Of a stretch of DNA of 64,000 nt, positions 11,147-20,567 are shown one piece after another; position 1 is the stretch's first letter; each line of letters begins with the position of its first letter. A model generated the notes under the pieces. It saw only the letters and a program-made list of their open reading frames with translations. It ran no database searches and was not told the origin of the DNA. A program made the position numbers and the translations under genes. Source of the stretch: Puniceicoccales bacterium (GTDB lineage: Bacteria > Verrucomicrobiota > Verrucomicrobiia > Opitutales > UBA9783); contig JAIRKR010000045.1 of assembly GCA_031260015.1 (NCBI GenBank), positions 1,902-65,901 on the forward strand. The letters are read 5' to 3'.

Positions 11147-11857
11147 TTAGAAGCGAGGATTACGCGAATAGAAACAAAAATTGCACGGTGTCTCGGTCAC
11201 TTTCAACTTCAACCCGGGTTGCATGAGGGTGGTTCCGACATACAATCCATGCCTACAGCCCGCAATGTACGGATGATATTCAGCACCTGTGCTAAACCTC
11301 CGTCTTTCGGTTGCGTAAAAAATTCCGCTGGCAGCTGGACTGGTTGTCGAATAAAGCTGCACGGGTGTGTTAGTCGCTGATTTTTTTAAATGTCCAACGA
11401 CCAATTGATTCAAAACGCTGTCCGTTTCGACAATCTTTTTTTGGGCAGAAAATGTGACCAACGCTCTGTATAAAAGATAATAAGCTAACTTCGTTCCAGT
11501 GTTGCACTCGCTGCCAACGTAATAGATAACTCCCCTACCTCCTGCAACCATACCTTGTTCCTGAATTAAAAGCACGCAATTACCAACTTTGGGGAATGTT
11601 TTTGTATCTGAATAAGTAAAACTGAGTGCGCTCGATAAATCGGGAAATACGTAAAATTCGAGCGAATTATGCACATCTTTTTCCATATATTTCGACAATG
11701 TTCTCAATTGTTCACTTAATTTGCTATTCCCGGAAATTAAATAATACTGATTCAGTTGCGTTAAAAAAAATTGTGTGCAAAAAGTCAAAAAAACACCGGC
11801 CATAACGCCTGCCAATATGACTTCAACTAAAGTAAATCCTTGCGATTTATTCTTCAT
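11147..11857 (-). CDS. Type II secretion / type IV pilus pseudopilin-like protein (prepilin N-terminal methylation motif)
   Basis: MKNKSQ-G/FTLVEVILAGVMAGVFLTF is a class III signal with the cleavage/methylation motif G-F-T-L-x-E. 236 aa. Confidence 0.7.
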   Translation of the reverse strand: MKNKSQGFTLVEVILAGVMAGVFLTFCTQFFLTQLNQYYLISGNSKLSEQLRTLSKYMEKDVHNSLEFYVFPDLSSALSFTYSDTKTFPKVGNCVLLIQEQGMVAGGRGVIYYVGSECNTGTKLAYYLLYRALVTFSAQKKIVETDSVLNQLVVGHLKKSATNTPVQLYSTTSPAASGIFYATERRRFSTGAEYHPYIAGCRHGLYVGTTLMQPGLKLKVTETPCNFCFYSRNPRF

Positions 11858-11929
11858 CCATGAAGAAAATAAAAGAAATAAGATATAAATTCAATCTAAA
11901 ATTGAAATGAAAAGGCCCACCTTCGATGC

Positions 11930-13279
11930 TTATTCTCTTTTGGAACCTGCAGCATAATTGCGAACAAAATTTACCAATTTTTCTCTTTCAATGAGAGCAA
12001 CATTGCGGGTTGCCACATGCTTAACCTGCACTTGATTATTTCCTAATTCGTCGGATCCGTAAAACAAAATGAAGTTTGGATTGTATTCTAAGGCTTTCTT
12101 GAATTGTTTGGAAACGGTGCCCTCCCCTAGTACGTAGGTCACCGATAAGCCATTCTGTCTTAAACTGCCAACGTCTTGCAAAGCTTGTTTGCGGGTACTA
12201 TTTTCAAAAACAACAAAGCAATCCAAAGGAAATGTTACCTTGGGCAACAGGTGATACTTCTTCAATACATCGCCCAAAGTAACATCACCTACCGCAAATC
12301 CGACAGCCGGTAAGGCATATCCCGTAAGTTTTTCAAACAGTAAGTCGTAACGGCCTCCACCGGCAAGCGCACGCCCGTTCAAATCCGATTCAAAAACTTC
12401 AAACACAAATCCCGTATAGTAGGCCAATCCACGCACAATACCTAAATCTACCCGCACAAATGAACCGCATTGCAACGCATCCAGCTCTTCCAATAATTTT
12501 TCCCAGATCAACAAACGCTGATTAACCGCCTCTTCCAGTGCATCATTCGGATTCAACGCATCAAAACATCCTCGAATGTCTTGTAATGTATTGGACTGCC
12601 GCAACTTTTCAGCACGGATAAAAAATTCCTGAACACTCGCTGCGGGAGGCAAACAACGCGACACATCTTTTTCCAAGTCTTTCTTTTCACGACGTTCCCA
12701 CTTATCAAGAATATTCAGTAAACTCATTTGGGTACTACTTTCTCCGATACCTAAGGCCCGTAACCAAAGGATCCAAGTTTGGCGGTCACTTAAACGAATA
12801 TAAAAATGTTGTCGACTTAATCCAAATAGGCTGAAGCTTTCGATGGCCAATGCAATTAGTTCCGCTTCTGCGGAAAAAGAACTCTCTCCCACAATGTCAA
12901 CGTTAAACTGGTAAAACGACCTCAATCGCCCTTTTTGAGGGCGTTCGTAACGAAAATTTTCCGTAATATTAAACCACTTAATGGGTTTTTTTAGACTTGC
13001 GGCACGTGTTCCAATGAGTCGAACGAGTGAAGGGGTTGTTTCGGGTCTTAAAGCCACTTTTCGTCCACCGCGATCCTCAAAGGTGAATAATTGTTCTATA
13101 ATTTCTTCGCCCGATTTTTCCGTAAACAACTCTAGAGGTTCCAAAATTGGACTATCAAACTCCCGGAAATGGAAACGACGTGCCACTTCTTTCCATGCCG
13201 CAAACAAAGCATTACGTACGGCACATTCCGTTGGATAAAAATCACGAAACCCTGGCAATGTCTCCATCACAACTGCCAT
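11930..13279 (-). CDS. hisS: Histidine--tRNA ligase
   Basis: 449 aa. LPGFRDFYP, class II motif FRYERPQKGRLRSFYQ, GGGRYD. Confidence 0.9.
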   Translation of the reverse strand: MAVVMETLPGFRDFYPTECAVRNALFAAWKEVARRFHFREFDSPILEPLELFTEKSGEEIIEQLFTFEDRGGRKVALRPETTPSLVRLIGTRAASLKKPIKWFNITENFRYERPQKGRLRSFYQFNVDIVGESSFSAEAELIALAIESFSLFGLSRQHFYIRLSDRQTWILWLRALGIGESSTQMSLLNILDKWERREKKDLEKDVSRCLPPAASVQEFFIRAEKLRQSNTLQDIRGCFDALNPNDALEEAVNQRLLIWEKLLEELDALQCGSFVRVDLGIVRGLAYYTGFVFEVFESDLNGRALAGGGRYDLLFEKLTGYALPAVGFAVGDVTLGDVLKKYHLLPKVTFPLDCFVVFENSTRKQALQDVGSLRQNGLSVTYVLGEGTVSKQFKKALEYNPNFILFYGSDELGNNQVQVKHVATRNVALIEREKLVNFVRNYAAGSKRE

Positions 13280-13287
13280 TGTCGCAT

Positions 13288-13608
13288 TTAAAGCAATCTT
13301 TGCAAATCTTTTACATTAAGATTTTTCAACTGTTTTTTCAAAGATTGGCCCGGCCTAAACTTAATCACGGCATGGTCTGGAATAATAATAGGTTTATTGG
13401 GATGCTGCGGATTACGTCCTATACGACTCTTATGAACACATACTTCCAAGGTACCAAAATTTCTTAATTCCACGTATTTCCCATTAATCAATGCCAATTG
13501 AATACTTGTTAAAACCGTTTCCAAGGCTTTCCTTGCCTCTTTTGGGTCAATGCCCGTTGACTTGCACATGCGCAAAACAAGATCTCTTTTTGTCAAATTA
13601 GGCCTCAT
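13288..13608 (-). CDS. HU/IHF family DNA-binding protein
   Basis: 106 aa. GKYVELRNFGTLEV...RIGRNPQHPNKPIIIPDHAVIKFRPG beta-arm pattern. Ends 8 nt upstream of hisS. Confidence 0.8.
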   Translation of the reverse strand: MRPNLTKRDLVLRMCKSTGIDPKEARKALETVLTSIQLALINGKYVELRNFGTLEVCVHKSRIGRNPQHPNKPIIIPDHAVIKFRPGQSLKKQLKNLNVKDLQRLL

Positions 13609-13684
13609 GCTATTTTTGGTTAAATTTTAAATTTACTAACCTTCCCAAATAATCAATTATATAACCGATTAAAGTCAATCCTTT

Positions 13685-15304
13685 ATGGGAAAAAAGGAAG
13701 ATAATTTAGAAAACATCAAAGAAAAACTGCAAGAGATCTTTGGTAAAGCATCTTTGCACTTCGACAATACGGGGTTTTCGGTCAATGAAGCGGAAAATGC
13801 TTCTTCGAAAGATACAATGTCAGAAGAAGCATCCAACTTAGAAATTTTAAAACAAATTGAAAACTTTAATCTAAAGCCTCGGGAAATGCGAGATTTTCTA
13901 GACAGATACGTCATTCAACAAAATGAAGCAAAGAAGGTTTTGTCGGTGGGTATCTGCGATCACTACAATCATGTGAGAAGTTGCCTGGAACATCCCGCAT
14001 ACGTGCAGCAAAATTATCACAAGCAAAATATCCTTATTTTGGGCCCTACGGGTGTTGGTAAAACTTACTTGATCCGTACCATAGCGCGTCGTATTGGGGT
14101 CCCGTTCGTCAAAGCAGATGCAACAAAATTTTCAGAAACGGGATACGCGGGAGGTGATGTAGAAGACTTGGTTCGTGATCTTGTAAAAGCGGCCAACGGT
14201 AATGTTGATTTGGCCCAATACGGCATTATTTACGTCGATGAAGTCGACAAAATTGCATCCGTACAAAATGTGCAGGGACGCGATGTTTCCGGCAGAGGGG
14301 TACAAATTAACCTGCTGAAACTTATGGAAGAAAGTGACGTAAATTTGGTGACACCAACGGATATGATGGGACAATTTCAAGCAGTTTTAGACTTGCAAAA
14401 GGGTAAGGGTAAATCGCAAAAACGCACCATTAATACCCGACATATTTTGTTCATATTTAGCGGCGCTTTTGACAAATTAGCCGAAATTATAAAACGGCGT
14501 GTGGAGCAGTCAACCATGGGGTTCGGTATCAATTTGGAAATCAATACCGAAGAAATGACCTCCTACTTGCATAAAGCAGCCACGCAAGATTTTATTCAAT
14601 ATGGGTTTGAACCTGAATTCATTGGACGTATTCCCATTCGCGTGGCCTGCGATTCTCTCAAACAAAAGGATCTTATCCGCGTTTTAACAGAATCCGAAGG
14701 ATCCATTTTAAATCAGTATCAAAATGATTTTAAAGGGTACGGCATCGACATGCAAATTACGCGCGAAGCCATTGAAGAAGTTGCGTATCTCGCCGAGCAG
14801 GAAAAAACGGGAGCCCGAGGCCTCATGACAATTTTAGAACAAATACTGCGAAATTTTAAATTTGAATTGCCATCTTCGGGCATCCGTTTCTTTGAAATCA
14901 ATACGGATACACTCAAGGATAAAGAAAACTATCTAAAACAACTGCTTTTAAGCAATCAGCCGGTACTCGAAAAAACGTGCAAAAAATTTATAAAAACGTA
15001 CGAAGATAATTTTTTCAAAGCGAATGGACTTAAAATCAAATTTTCTCCGGAAGCTGAAAAATTGCTGGTGGAACAAAGTGTAGAACAGGATAAAACAATT
15101 CATGCATTGTGCGAATTGTTGTTTAAAGACCTTGCCTATGCATTAAAAATTATTGCGCGTAATCAGCAAAAGGAAAACTTTATACTAACGGAAGAATTTG
15201 TTAAAAATCCGCAAAAGACCTTATCACAATGGATTGTAGACAGTTTTGAAAATCCTCAACCGGGCACAGAAGATGAACTTGGTATTACAAACAATCGCCA
15301 ATGA
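13685..15304 (+). CDS. ClpX-like AAA+ ATPase lacking the zinc-binding N-domain, with a C-terminal extension
   Basis: LDRYVIQQNEAKKVLSVGICDHYNHV, Walker [10 protein letters not shown], pore loop GYAG, Walker B IIYVDEVDKI, MGFG at the position of the ClpX IGF loop, sensor GARGL. No Cys in the first 70 aa. About 130 extra C-terminal residues. Confidence 0.7.
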   Translation: MGKKEDNLENIKEKLQEIFGKASLHFDNTGFSVNEAENASSKDTMSEEASNLEILKQIENFNLKPREMRDFLDRYVIQQNEAKKVLSVGICDHYNHVRSCLEHPAYVQQNYHKQNILILGPTGVGKTYLIRTIARRIGVPFVKADATKFSETGYAGGDVEDLVRDLVKAANGNVDLAQYGIIYVDEVDKIASVQNVQGRDVSGRGVQINLLKLMEESDVNLVTPTDMMGQFQAVLDLQKGKGKSQKRTINTRHILFIFSGAFDKLAEIIKRRVEQSTMGFGINLEINTEEMTSYLHKAATQDFIQYGFEPEFIGRIPIRVACDSLKQKDLIRVLTESEGSILNQYQNDFKGYGIDMQITREAIEEVAYLAEQEKTGARGLMTILEQILRNFKFELPSSGIRFFEINTDTLKDKENYLKQLLLSNQPVLEKTCKKFIKTYEDNFFKANGLKIKFSPEAEKLLVEQSVEQDKTIHALCELLFKDLAYALKIIARNQQKENFILTEEFVKNPQKTLSQWIVDSFENPQPGTEDELGITNNRQ

Positions 15305-17249
15305 AAGTCGTGGCATTGCCATAGATGCAATTGAAAAAGCCAATTCCGGCCATTTGGGGCTCCCCCTAGGGTGTGCCGAATTGGGCACTGTTTTATTTGG
15401 CCAATGCCTAAATTATAATCCCAGCAACCCAAGGTGGTTGAATAGAGATCGTTTTGTACTTTCTGCAGGCCATGGTAGTATTTTTCTATACACATTTTTA
15501 CATTTGAGTGGCTATCCCATATCTCTGGAAGATCTCAAAATTTTTCGTCAATTGGGAAGCAAAACACCGGGGCATCCGGAATTTGGTCACACACTTGGTG
15601 TCGAGGCAAGCACGGGTCCTTTAGGCCAAGGTATTGGGAATGCGGTCGGTATAGCTTTATCGCAGAAAAAGGCGGCCGCTTATTTTAACTCCGAACAACA
15701 TACGATTTTCGATAACGCGGTGGTATGTCTTTGCGGTGATGGATGCTTACAAGAAGGTGTAGGTCAGGAAAGCGTTGCATTGGCAGGGCACTGGGGTCTC
15801 GATAATTTAATTTTGTTCTACGACGCAAATCAAATAACGTTGGATGCCCCTCTATCCGCCTCGCAAACAGAAAATGTACAAGACAAATTTGAAGCCATCG
15901 GCTGGGCCGTGCGTAGCATTGATGGCCACGATTGTGAGGCAATTGAAGATGCGTATCAATGGGCCAAGACACGGGCGGGGAAACCTCATCTTGTTATTTT
16001 AAACACACTTATTGGAAAGGGATTGCCCAACGTTGAGGGAACCTCCAAAGCGCATGGGTTTGCGGGCATCAAATTTGCAAAGCAAGCAAAGTTAAATTTG
16101 GGCTTGAATCCCGAAGAGCACTTTTTTATTTCCGAAAAAACCTACCAGTACTTTCAAAAGCGCAGGCAAGCGTTGCAAAAAAATTACCTCCGGTGGAGCA
16201 ACATTTTTCAAGCCTGGAGTCAAGAAAATCCAGAAAAAGCAAAATTACTCTACGAACCGACTCACCTGGACGATGCTTTTTTTAAAGGCCTGCATGCGGC
16301 ATCAACAAAACCCCAAGCGACGCGATCCCTAGCAGGGGAAGTTTTAAATCAAGTGTCCCCAAAAGATCCCCTGTGGGTAAGTGGCAGTGCGGACTTATTT
16401 GAATCCACGAAGAGCTTTATCCAAGACGGTACCATCTTTCAGCGGAACCATTTAATGGGGAAAAATCTGATGTTTGGCATTCGTGAACATGCCATGGGTG
16501 CTATCTTGAACGGCATCGCCTACGATAAAATATTTAAGCCGTGTGGGTCCACATTTTTGGCATTTTCAGATTACCTCAAGCCGGCCCTGCGTGTAGCCGC
16601 TCTCGCCCATTTGCCCGTAAATTATTTTTTCTCGCACGATTCCATCGCCGTGGGTGAGGATGGCCCTACCCATCAACCTATCGAGCACATGGCTTCTATG
16701 CAAATGATCCCCAATGTACAGGTTTTTCGACCCGCAGACTACGATGAGATGGTGGGTTGTTTCCAAACGGCTACGCAATGCACGAGCGGTCCAAACGTTT
16801 TTATCCTTTCCAAACAAGATTTACCCCTATTACCTCTGTTGGACTCGCAACAAAAACGTGCTGGTACCCTAAAAGGTGCCTATGTTCTGCGTAAAGAGCA
16901 ACAAACGCCAGAATATATCCTGATTGCAAGTGGCAGCGAAGTACAATTGGCCTTGGAAGTAGCAAAATTATTGGGGCCCAATGCACGCGTTGTCTCCATG
17001 CCATCGCGCACAAAATTTCTGCAACAAAGTGAAGCGTACCAGGCTGAAATTTTATCTAAACAATGCCTTCGCCGCATTTTTATTGAAGCGGGATGTTCTT
17101 ACTTGGCACACCAATTTGTAGGTCTGCATGGTCTTGTGATCGGTATTGACCAATTCGGCATAAGTGCCCCTCAAGGGCAATTGTTTGAAAAATTTGGTCT
17201 CACACCGCAGGCCTGTTACCAAAAAATTATGACGCACACCTGGGATTAA
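15273..17249 (+). CDS. tkt: Transketolase
   Basis: SGHLGLPLG, GDGCLQEG (TPP-binding), EDGPTHQPIEH. ATG 15273 is preferred over the TTG at 15246. Overlaps the previous gene by 32 nt. Confidence 0.9.
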   Translation: MNLVLQTIANESRGIAIDAIEKANSGHLGLPLGCAELGTVLFGQCLNYNPSNPRWLNRDRFVLSAGHGSIFLYTFLHLSGYPISLEDLKIFRQLGSKTPGHPEFGHTLGVEASTGPLGQGIGNAVGIALSQKKAAAYFNSEQHTIFDNAVVCLCGDGCLQEGVGQESVALAGHWGLDNLILFYDANQITLDAPLSASQTENVQDKFEAIGWAVRSIDGHDCEAIEDAYQWAKTRAGKPHLVILNTLIGKGLPNVEGTSKAHGFAGIKFAKQAKLNLGLNPEEHFFISEKTYQYFQKRRQALQKNYLRWSNIFQAWSQENPEKAKLLYEPTHLDDAFFKGLHAASTKPQATRSLAGEVLNQVSPKDPLWVSGSADLFESTKSFIQDGTIFQRNHLMGKNLMFGIREHAMGAILNGIAYDKIFKPCGSTFLAFSDYLKPALRVAALAHLPVNYFFSHDSIAVGEDGPTHQPIEHMASMQMIPNVQVFRPADYDEMVGCFQTATQCTSGPNVFILSKQDLPLLPLLDSQQKRAGTLKGAYVLRKEQQTPEYILIASGSEVQLALEVAKLLGPNARVVSMPSRTKFLQQSEAYQAEILSKQCLRRIFIEAGCSYLAHQFVGLHGLVIGIDQFGISAPQGQLFEKFGLTPQACYQKIMTHTWD

Positions 17250-17569
17250 ATGGAATAACAACCGTAGTGATTTGCGCTCAAGGCTGAATTTTTTTAAGGA
17301 CTTAATTCCAAACACTCTAAGGTTGATCTTACTGTTCAGTGCACGCAAAGAAGGCATACGTTTTTTCCATACGGCAGATTAAAGTAAACTAGATTTGTAT
17401 CTTTTACGAAATCATTGGAAAAAATCACGAATATACTACTCACAAAACAGGAAGTACCTGCAAAACGTTTTTCAAACGGTGAACTTTAAAATTTTTGATC
17501 TAAAGATAAAATCACAAAAAGTACTCACCGTATCTCAAAGTAGAGAAGGGATTCTTTGCCAATTACTCG

Positions 17570-18820
17570 TCAGAATTTTTTAAATAGAAGAGCTGCGTTT
17601 TGCCCACCGAAGCCCAAATTATTGGTGATAGCAATGTGTACAGGTTTAGTAACTGCTTTGTTGGGAGTATAGTTTAAATCGCATTCGGGGTCTTGCGTTT
17701 CGTAATTTATGGTAGGAGGAATGGTATTGGTATTCAAAGTTTTTACGGTCGCGATGGCCTCTACGGCTCCCGCGGCTCCCAGTAAATGTCCCAACATAGA
17801 TTTGATGGAACTAATGTTGAGTTTGTAAGCATGTGGGCCAAAAACGTGTTTAATGGCCTTCGTTTCCACCAAATCATTGTAATAAGTAGATGTCCCATGC
17901 GCATTAATGTAATCAACTTCATGCGGCTTAAGACGCGCTTTTCGAAGTAGGTCTTCGTAACATTGAATGAGTGCTCTGCCAGATGGGTCTGGACGTGTTA
18001 TGTGAAACGCATCGCAGGTGGCCGCGTACGCAATCAACTCGCAGTAGATTTTTGCACCCCGTTTTTGCGCATGCTCCAATGTTTCCAGTACTAAAACACC
18101 GGCACCTTCCCCCATAATAAATCCGTCACGGTGAGCATCAAAAGGGCGACTTGCTAATTCCGGCGTGTCGTTAAAGTGGGAGCTCATGGCTTTCATGGCG
18201 CAAAATCCTGAAAATGCTAGGGTTTGGATAGCCGCCTCACTCCCTCCCGTGATCATAACTTCTGCATCGCCAAAGCGCAGTAGGTTAAAAGCCTCACCTA
18301 TGGCATGAGCTCCCGACGTACAAGCACTCACAACACCGAAATTGGGCCCCCGCGCACCCACTTCAATGGCTACGGTCCCCGCAGCTATATTGCAGATGGT
18401 GGAGGGTATCATGAAGGGGGAAACTTTACGTGGTCCTCTGGAAAATAAAGTAAACGCCTGCTCTTGAATATTGGCCATCCCGCCAATGCCTGTACCTATG
18501 AGAACACCACATTGGTCCGCTTCCTCTGCCGTAATGGAAAATTTTGCATCCTGCAATGCCATACGCGAGGCGGCAACGGCGAAATGTACGTAAGGGTCCG
18601 TTCGTTTTGCCTCTTTTGTATCCATATAACGCGATGGATCAAAATTGACAACTTCTGAGGCAATTTGGGTAGGCAATTCGGAAACATCCAATTTTGTCAA
18701 AGGTCGAATGCCGGAACGACCTTCAACCAATGCTGCCCAAAAGTCTTCGACGTTATGTCCCAAGGCATTGACAGTCCCTAGTCCCGTAACAACTACCCGC
18801 TTGGGTTGCATTCTTTCCAC
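17570..18820 (-). CDS. fabF: 3-oxoacyl-ACP synthase II
   Basis: 416 aa. Active-site SACTSGAHAIG, HGTSTYYND, GHLLGAAG. Confidence 0.9.
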   Translation of the reverse strand: MERMQPKRVVVTGLGTVNALGHNVEDFWAALVEGRSGIRPLTKLDVSELPTQIASEVVNFDPSRYMDTKEAKRTDPYVHFAVAASRMALQDAKFSITAEEADQCGVLIGTGIGGMANIQEQAFTLFSRGPRKVSPFMIPSTICNIAAGTVAIEVGARGPNFGVVSACTSGAHAIGEAFNLLRFGDAEVMITGGSEAAIQTLAFSGFCAMKAMSSHFNDTPELASRPFDAHRDGFIMGEGAGVLVLETLEHAQKRGAKIYCELIAYAATCDAFHITRPDPSGRALIQCYEDLLRKARLKPHEVDYINAHGTSTYYNDLVETKAIKHVFGPHAYKLNISSIKSMLGHLLGAAGAVEAIATVKTLNTNTIPPTINYETQDPECDLNYTPNKAVTKPVHIAITNNLGFGGQNAALLFKKF

Positions 18821-18831
18821 GCGCCTTTACT

Positions 18832-19089
18832 TTACTTATTATTGGCTTTATCCACAATATATTGGATAACCTCACCCACGGTTTTTAATTTTTCGGCATC
18901 CGCTTCCGGGATTTCGCCTTCTATTAAATCCTTAAATTCCTCCTCCAAGTCCATAATTAATTGAACTTGATCTAGGGAATCGGCGCTCAAATCATTTGTA
19001 AAGGAAGCTTCCGGCGTCACTTGTTCTTCTTTGACACTGAAAGTATTTGCTATAACACGTTTAACTCTTTGTTCGATTGTTTCTGTCAT
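18832..19089 (-). CDS. acpP: Acyl carrier protein
   Basis: 85 aa with the phosphopantetheine site [19 protein letters not shown]. Sits between fabG and fabF. Confidence 0.9.
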   Translation of the reverse strand: MTETIEQRVKRVIANTFSVKEEQVTPEASFTNDLSADSLDQVQLIMDLEEEFKDLIEGEIPEADAEKLKTVGEVIQYIVDKANNK

Positions 19090-19150
19090 AATAAAAAGAA
19101 TTAATTTTTACACGGTAAGGGCTTTTTTTAAAAAATCAAGATCAAAGATT

Positions 19151-19894
19151 TTACATTACCATACCACCATCCACACGTACCACCTGTCCCGTTATATAAT
19201 TGGCTTCAGCGGAAGCCAAAAACACAGCCACAGCAGCAACTTCCTCGGGAAGGCCGAAACGTCTGAGCGGAATGCACTTTTTTGCCTGTTCCACGATAGT
19301 TTCATGCAAGCTTTGTGTCATATCGGTGGCGATAAATCCCGGAGCAATGGCGTTTACGGTAATGTTTCGTCCCGCCAATTCTTTTGCCAAAGATTTTGTA
19401 AAACCCAATAAACCTGCCTTGGCAGCCGAATAATTCACCTGTCCCGCATTGCCGGTAATACCCGCAACAGAAGATACGTTAATAATACGCCCCCACCGCT
19501 TTTGTACCATGGGTTGAACAAAAGATTTGCACACGTAAAATGCGCTGAATAAATTTGTCAAGAGGACTTGTTCCCAATCCTCATCCTTCATTCTAACAAA
19601 TAATTTATCACACGTAATACCTGCATTGTTTACCAAAATATCGACCGCTTCGTATCGACTCAAAATTTGATTGGCAATTTCATAGACAGCGTTTTTAGAT
19701 GAAACATCCACCGGAAAAGCTTCGGCCTTATTTCCCTGTTGCCGGATACCTTCGGCGACCTGTTGGCAGTTGGCCGCCGTTCGGCTGATGCAAATGACGT
19801 TTGCACCTTCTTGGGCAAGACGTTCTGCGATTACCTTTCCAATACCGCGTCCCGCGCCCGTTACCAAAGCAATTTTATCCGTCAACTTTTTCAT
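19151..19894 (-). CDS. fabG: 3-oxoacyl-ACP reductase
   Basis: SDR motifs TGAGRGIGK, NNAG, YSAAKAG. ATG at 19892-19894 (MKKLTDKIALVTG) is preferred over the TTG at 19927. Confidence 0.9.
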   Translation of the reverse strand: MKKLTDKIALVTGAGRGIGKVIAERLAQEGANVICISRTAANCQQVAEGIRQQGNKAEAFPVDVSSKNAVYEIANQILSRYEAVDILVNNAGITCDKLFVRMKDEDWEQVLLTNLFSAFYVCKSFVQPMVQKRWGRIINVSSVAGITGNAGQVNYSAAKAGLLGFTKSLAKELAGRNITVNAIAPGFIATDMTQSLHETIVEQAKKCIPLRRFGLPEEVAAVAVFLASAEANYITGQVVRVDGGMVM

Positions 19895-20139
19895 GGATGA
19901 CCTACTATGTTTGGATAAATTTTTCAAAAAACAAGACGGAAATTTAAAAAAGAAGTTTTTTTACTGCAATAATGCGTACCTACAATGATAGCTATTGTCC
20001 GCGTTTAAATCGTTTTTGTTGGTGTAATTCCAAGATTTATTCAGTGTTGGCAATAAAAACGCAATGCGTGTTAATTATTTTAATGCGTAAATGCGACTAG
20101 GCATTGACAAACGTATTGGTGGAACCTAAAGTAAATTTC

Positions 20140-20559
20140 ATGATTGAAAGAACTTTGGTCATTCTCAAGCCGGATTGTATGCAAAAAAGTTTGGCTGGCG
20201 CAGTAATGGAAAGATTTACTCAGGCGGGATTATCTTTGGTTGCTTGCAAGATGATACGTTTACAGGAATCTTTGCTGCGAGAACATTACGATTTCTTGAT
20301 GGATAAACCTTTTTTCCCAAACATTATGAAATATATGATGGAATGTCCAGTGCTAGTGCTGGTTTTCAGTGGAGAAAATGCAATTGCGGTAACACGCGGT
20401 TTATTGGGTCCTACAGATTCGTCCCTCGCTCCAAAAGGAACGATTCGGGGAGATTTTGGTCAGGATAAATCGAGAAACATAGCGCATGCATCCGATAGTC
20501 GAGAGACGGCTGCCAAAGAAATTGCAAGGTTTTTTACAGAGAGTGAAATTTTTGCCTAA
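20140..20559 (+). CDS. ndk: Nucleoside diphosphate kinase
   Basis: MIERTLVILKPD, RGDFG, NIAHASDS (active-site His). The track start TTG at 20104 is part of a TTGACA box. Confidence 0.9.
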   Translation: MIERTLVILKPDCMQKSLAGAVMERFTQAGLSLVACKMIRLQESLLREHYDFLMDKPFFPNIMKYMMECPVLVLVFSGENAIAVTRGLLGPTDSSLAPKGTIRGDFGQDKSRNIAHASDSRETAAKEIARFFTESEIFA

Positions 20560-20567
20560 TTTGCATT

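Noticed and set aside
11051-11380. 109-aa plus-strand ORF overlapping the pseudopilin gene's 3' end
   Set aside because: The opposite-strand ORF has a diagnostic prepilin motif and continuous coding. This ORF has no start context or motif.
17250-17569. 320-bp convergent intergenic gap (tkt / fabF) as a home for a tRNA or small RNA; track ORFs 17052..17357 and 17395..17583
   Set aside because: I saw no cloverleaf, T-loop (GTTCGAATC-like) or conserved ncRNA motif. The ORFs are low-complexity and unsupported.
19895-20103. Expected fabD upstream of fabG
   Set aside because: Only about 200 bp of non-coding sequence lies there before the divergent ndk promoter. fabD is simply not in this cluster.
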